A stretch of DNA of 59,310 nucleotides, counting the filler, from Trypethelium eluteriae (Eukaryota): NCBI GenBank assembly GCA_051942245.1. It is 4 parts of 4 records of this genome, joined end to end, with 100 filler letters (N's around TTAATTAATTAA, not from the genome) between each part and the next. Parts side by side here need not be neighbours in the genome. Positions count along the whole stretch, not along the records: positions 44,575 to 59,310 come from JAVECL010000675.1; 3 more parts are not named here. One strand, given 5' to 3'. The notes beneath the pieces were generated by a model. That model was not told the DNA's origin and did not search any database. It was given only the letters and a program-made list of their open reading frames with translations. The first letter of the stretch is position 1, and every line of letters starts with the position of its first letter. Positions 58,749 through 59,310 of the stretch are shown here, in pieces. A program made the translations under genes and the position numbers.

Positions 58749-59310
58749 AGCCGCTCGTCAGTAACCATTTTAGGGAATTTCGACCAATGGCCGCTATCAA
58801 TCTTCCAGGGTAAGATGCGTATTGTTTAAAGTATTAGTATGCTACGTACGGACAAGAGATTGGATCAAATTCAATGGTGTCTCGGTCGTGCACCAAGTAG
58901 TAAATGTACCTGTTTATCATTCGATTCAGAGCCACGTGGCATTGGTGATTGTCTGAAGCTTTGCTTTGCTTGTTGCCCATAGTGTAGCTGGGTTCTTCGA
59001 AAGGTGAGGTGTCAAAGTTCGGTCAAGACAAAGAGGCTAGAATATGTTCTAGTGGTGCTTGAAGCCATTGTGAGGATATAGGAGCCATGCAAAGCATCGT
59101 CCATGACTTCGGACCGGTTCACGAGAGGTGACTCCACCAGAAACACTTGTACCCTTGCTAGGACAAAGAATGAAAGTGTTTCTCTGCACCGTGCGTGGTA
59201 AAAAACCTATTCGATCTGATTCTTCTGAAGGTGGCGGATCGCCTCTACATATATAGCTAGCTACGGAGATTGACTTCATTGTGCGGCCAATATTTGGATC
59301 CATTGGCTCG

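Overview
Genomic DNA of a filamentous ascomycete (Pezizomycotina-type genes; short GT-AG introns with CTRAY branch sites). The window is not one locus. It is four pieces of about 14.7 kb (1-14787, 14888-29631, 29732-44474, 44575-59310) joined by artificial 100-bp N44-TTAATTAATTAA-N44 spacers, in descending length order. Piece 1: end of a tyrosine-phosphatase-family gene, a divergent GT1 UDP-glycosyltransferase/MFS pair, a disabled 7-exon Goodbye-NACHT-TPR-ZZ NLR-like gene, and an intact HET-domain gene. Piece 2: a hypothetical membrane protein, a Bqt4-like APSES gene, Rho-GDI, thioredoxin and a 929-aa disordered protein. Piece 3: an App1-like phosphatase, an ankyrin pseudogene, a second HET gene, a C2H2 factor, a rhomboid protease, DHH1 and an amidase end. 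Piece 4: a cell-wall protein start, orphan genes, a Ste6-like ABC exporter and PBDC1. The top observation is in the Rho-GDI gene: its 2.84-kb first intron contains a same-strand 654-codon ORF. The 3' end of that ORF can splice in frame, via a 49-nt intron, onto Rho-GDI exon 2, predicting an alternative ~813-aa Rho-GDI isoform. All gene models and family calls were made by eye from motifs, with no database searches.
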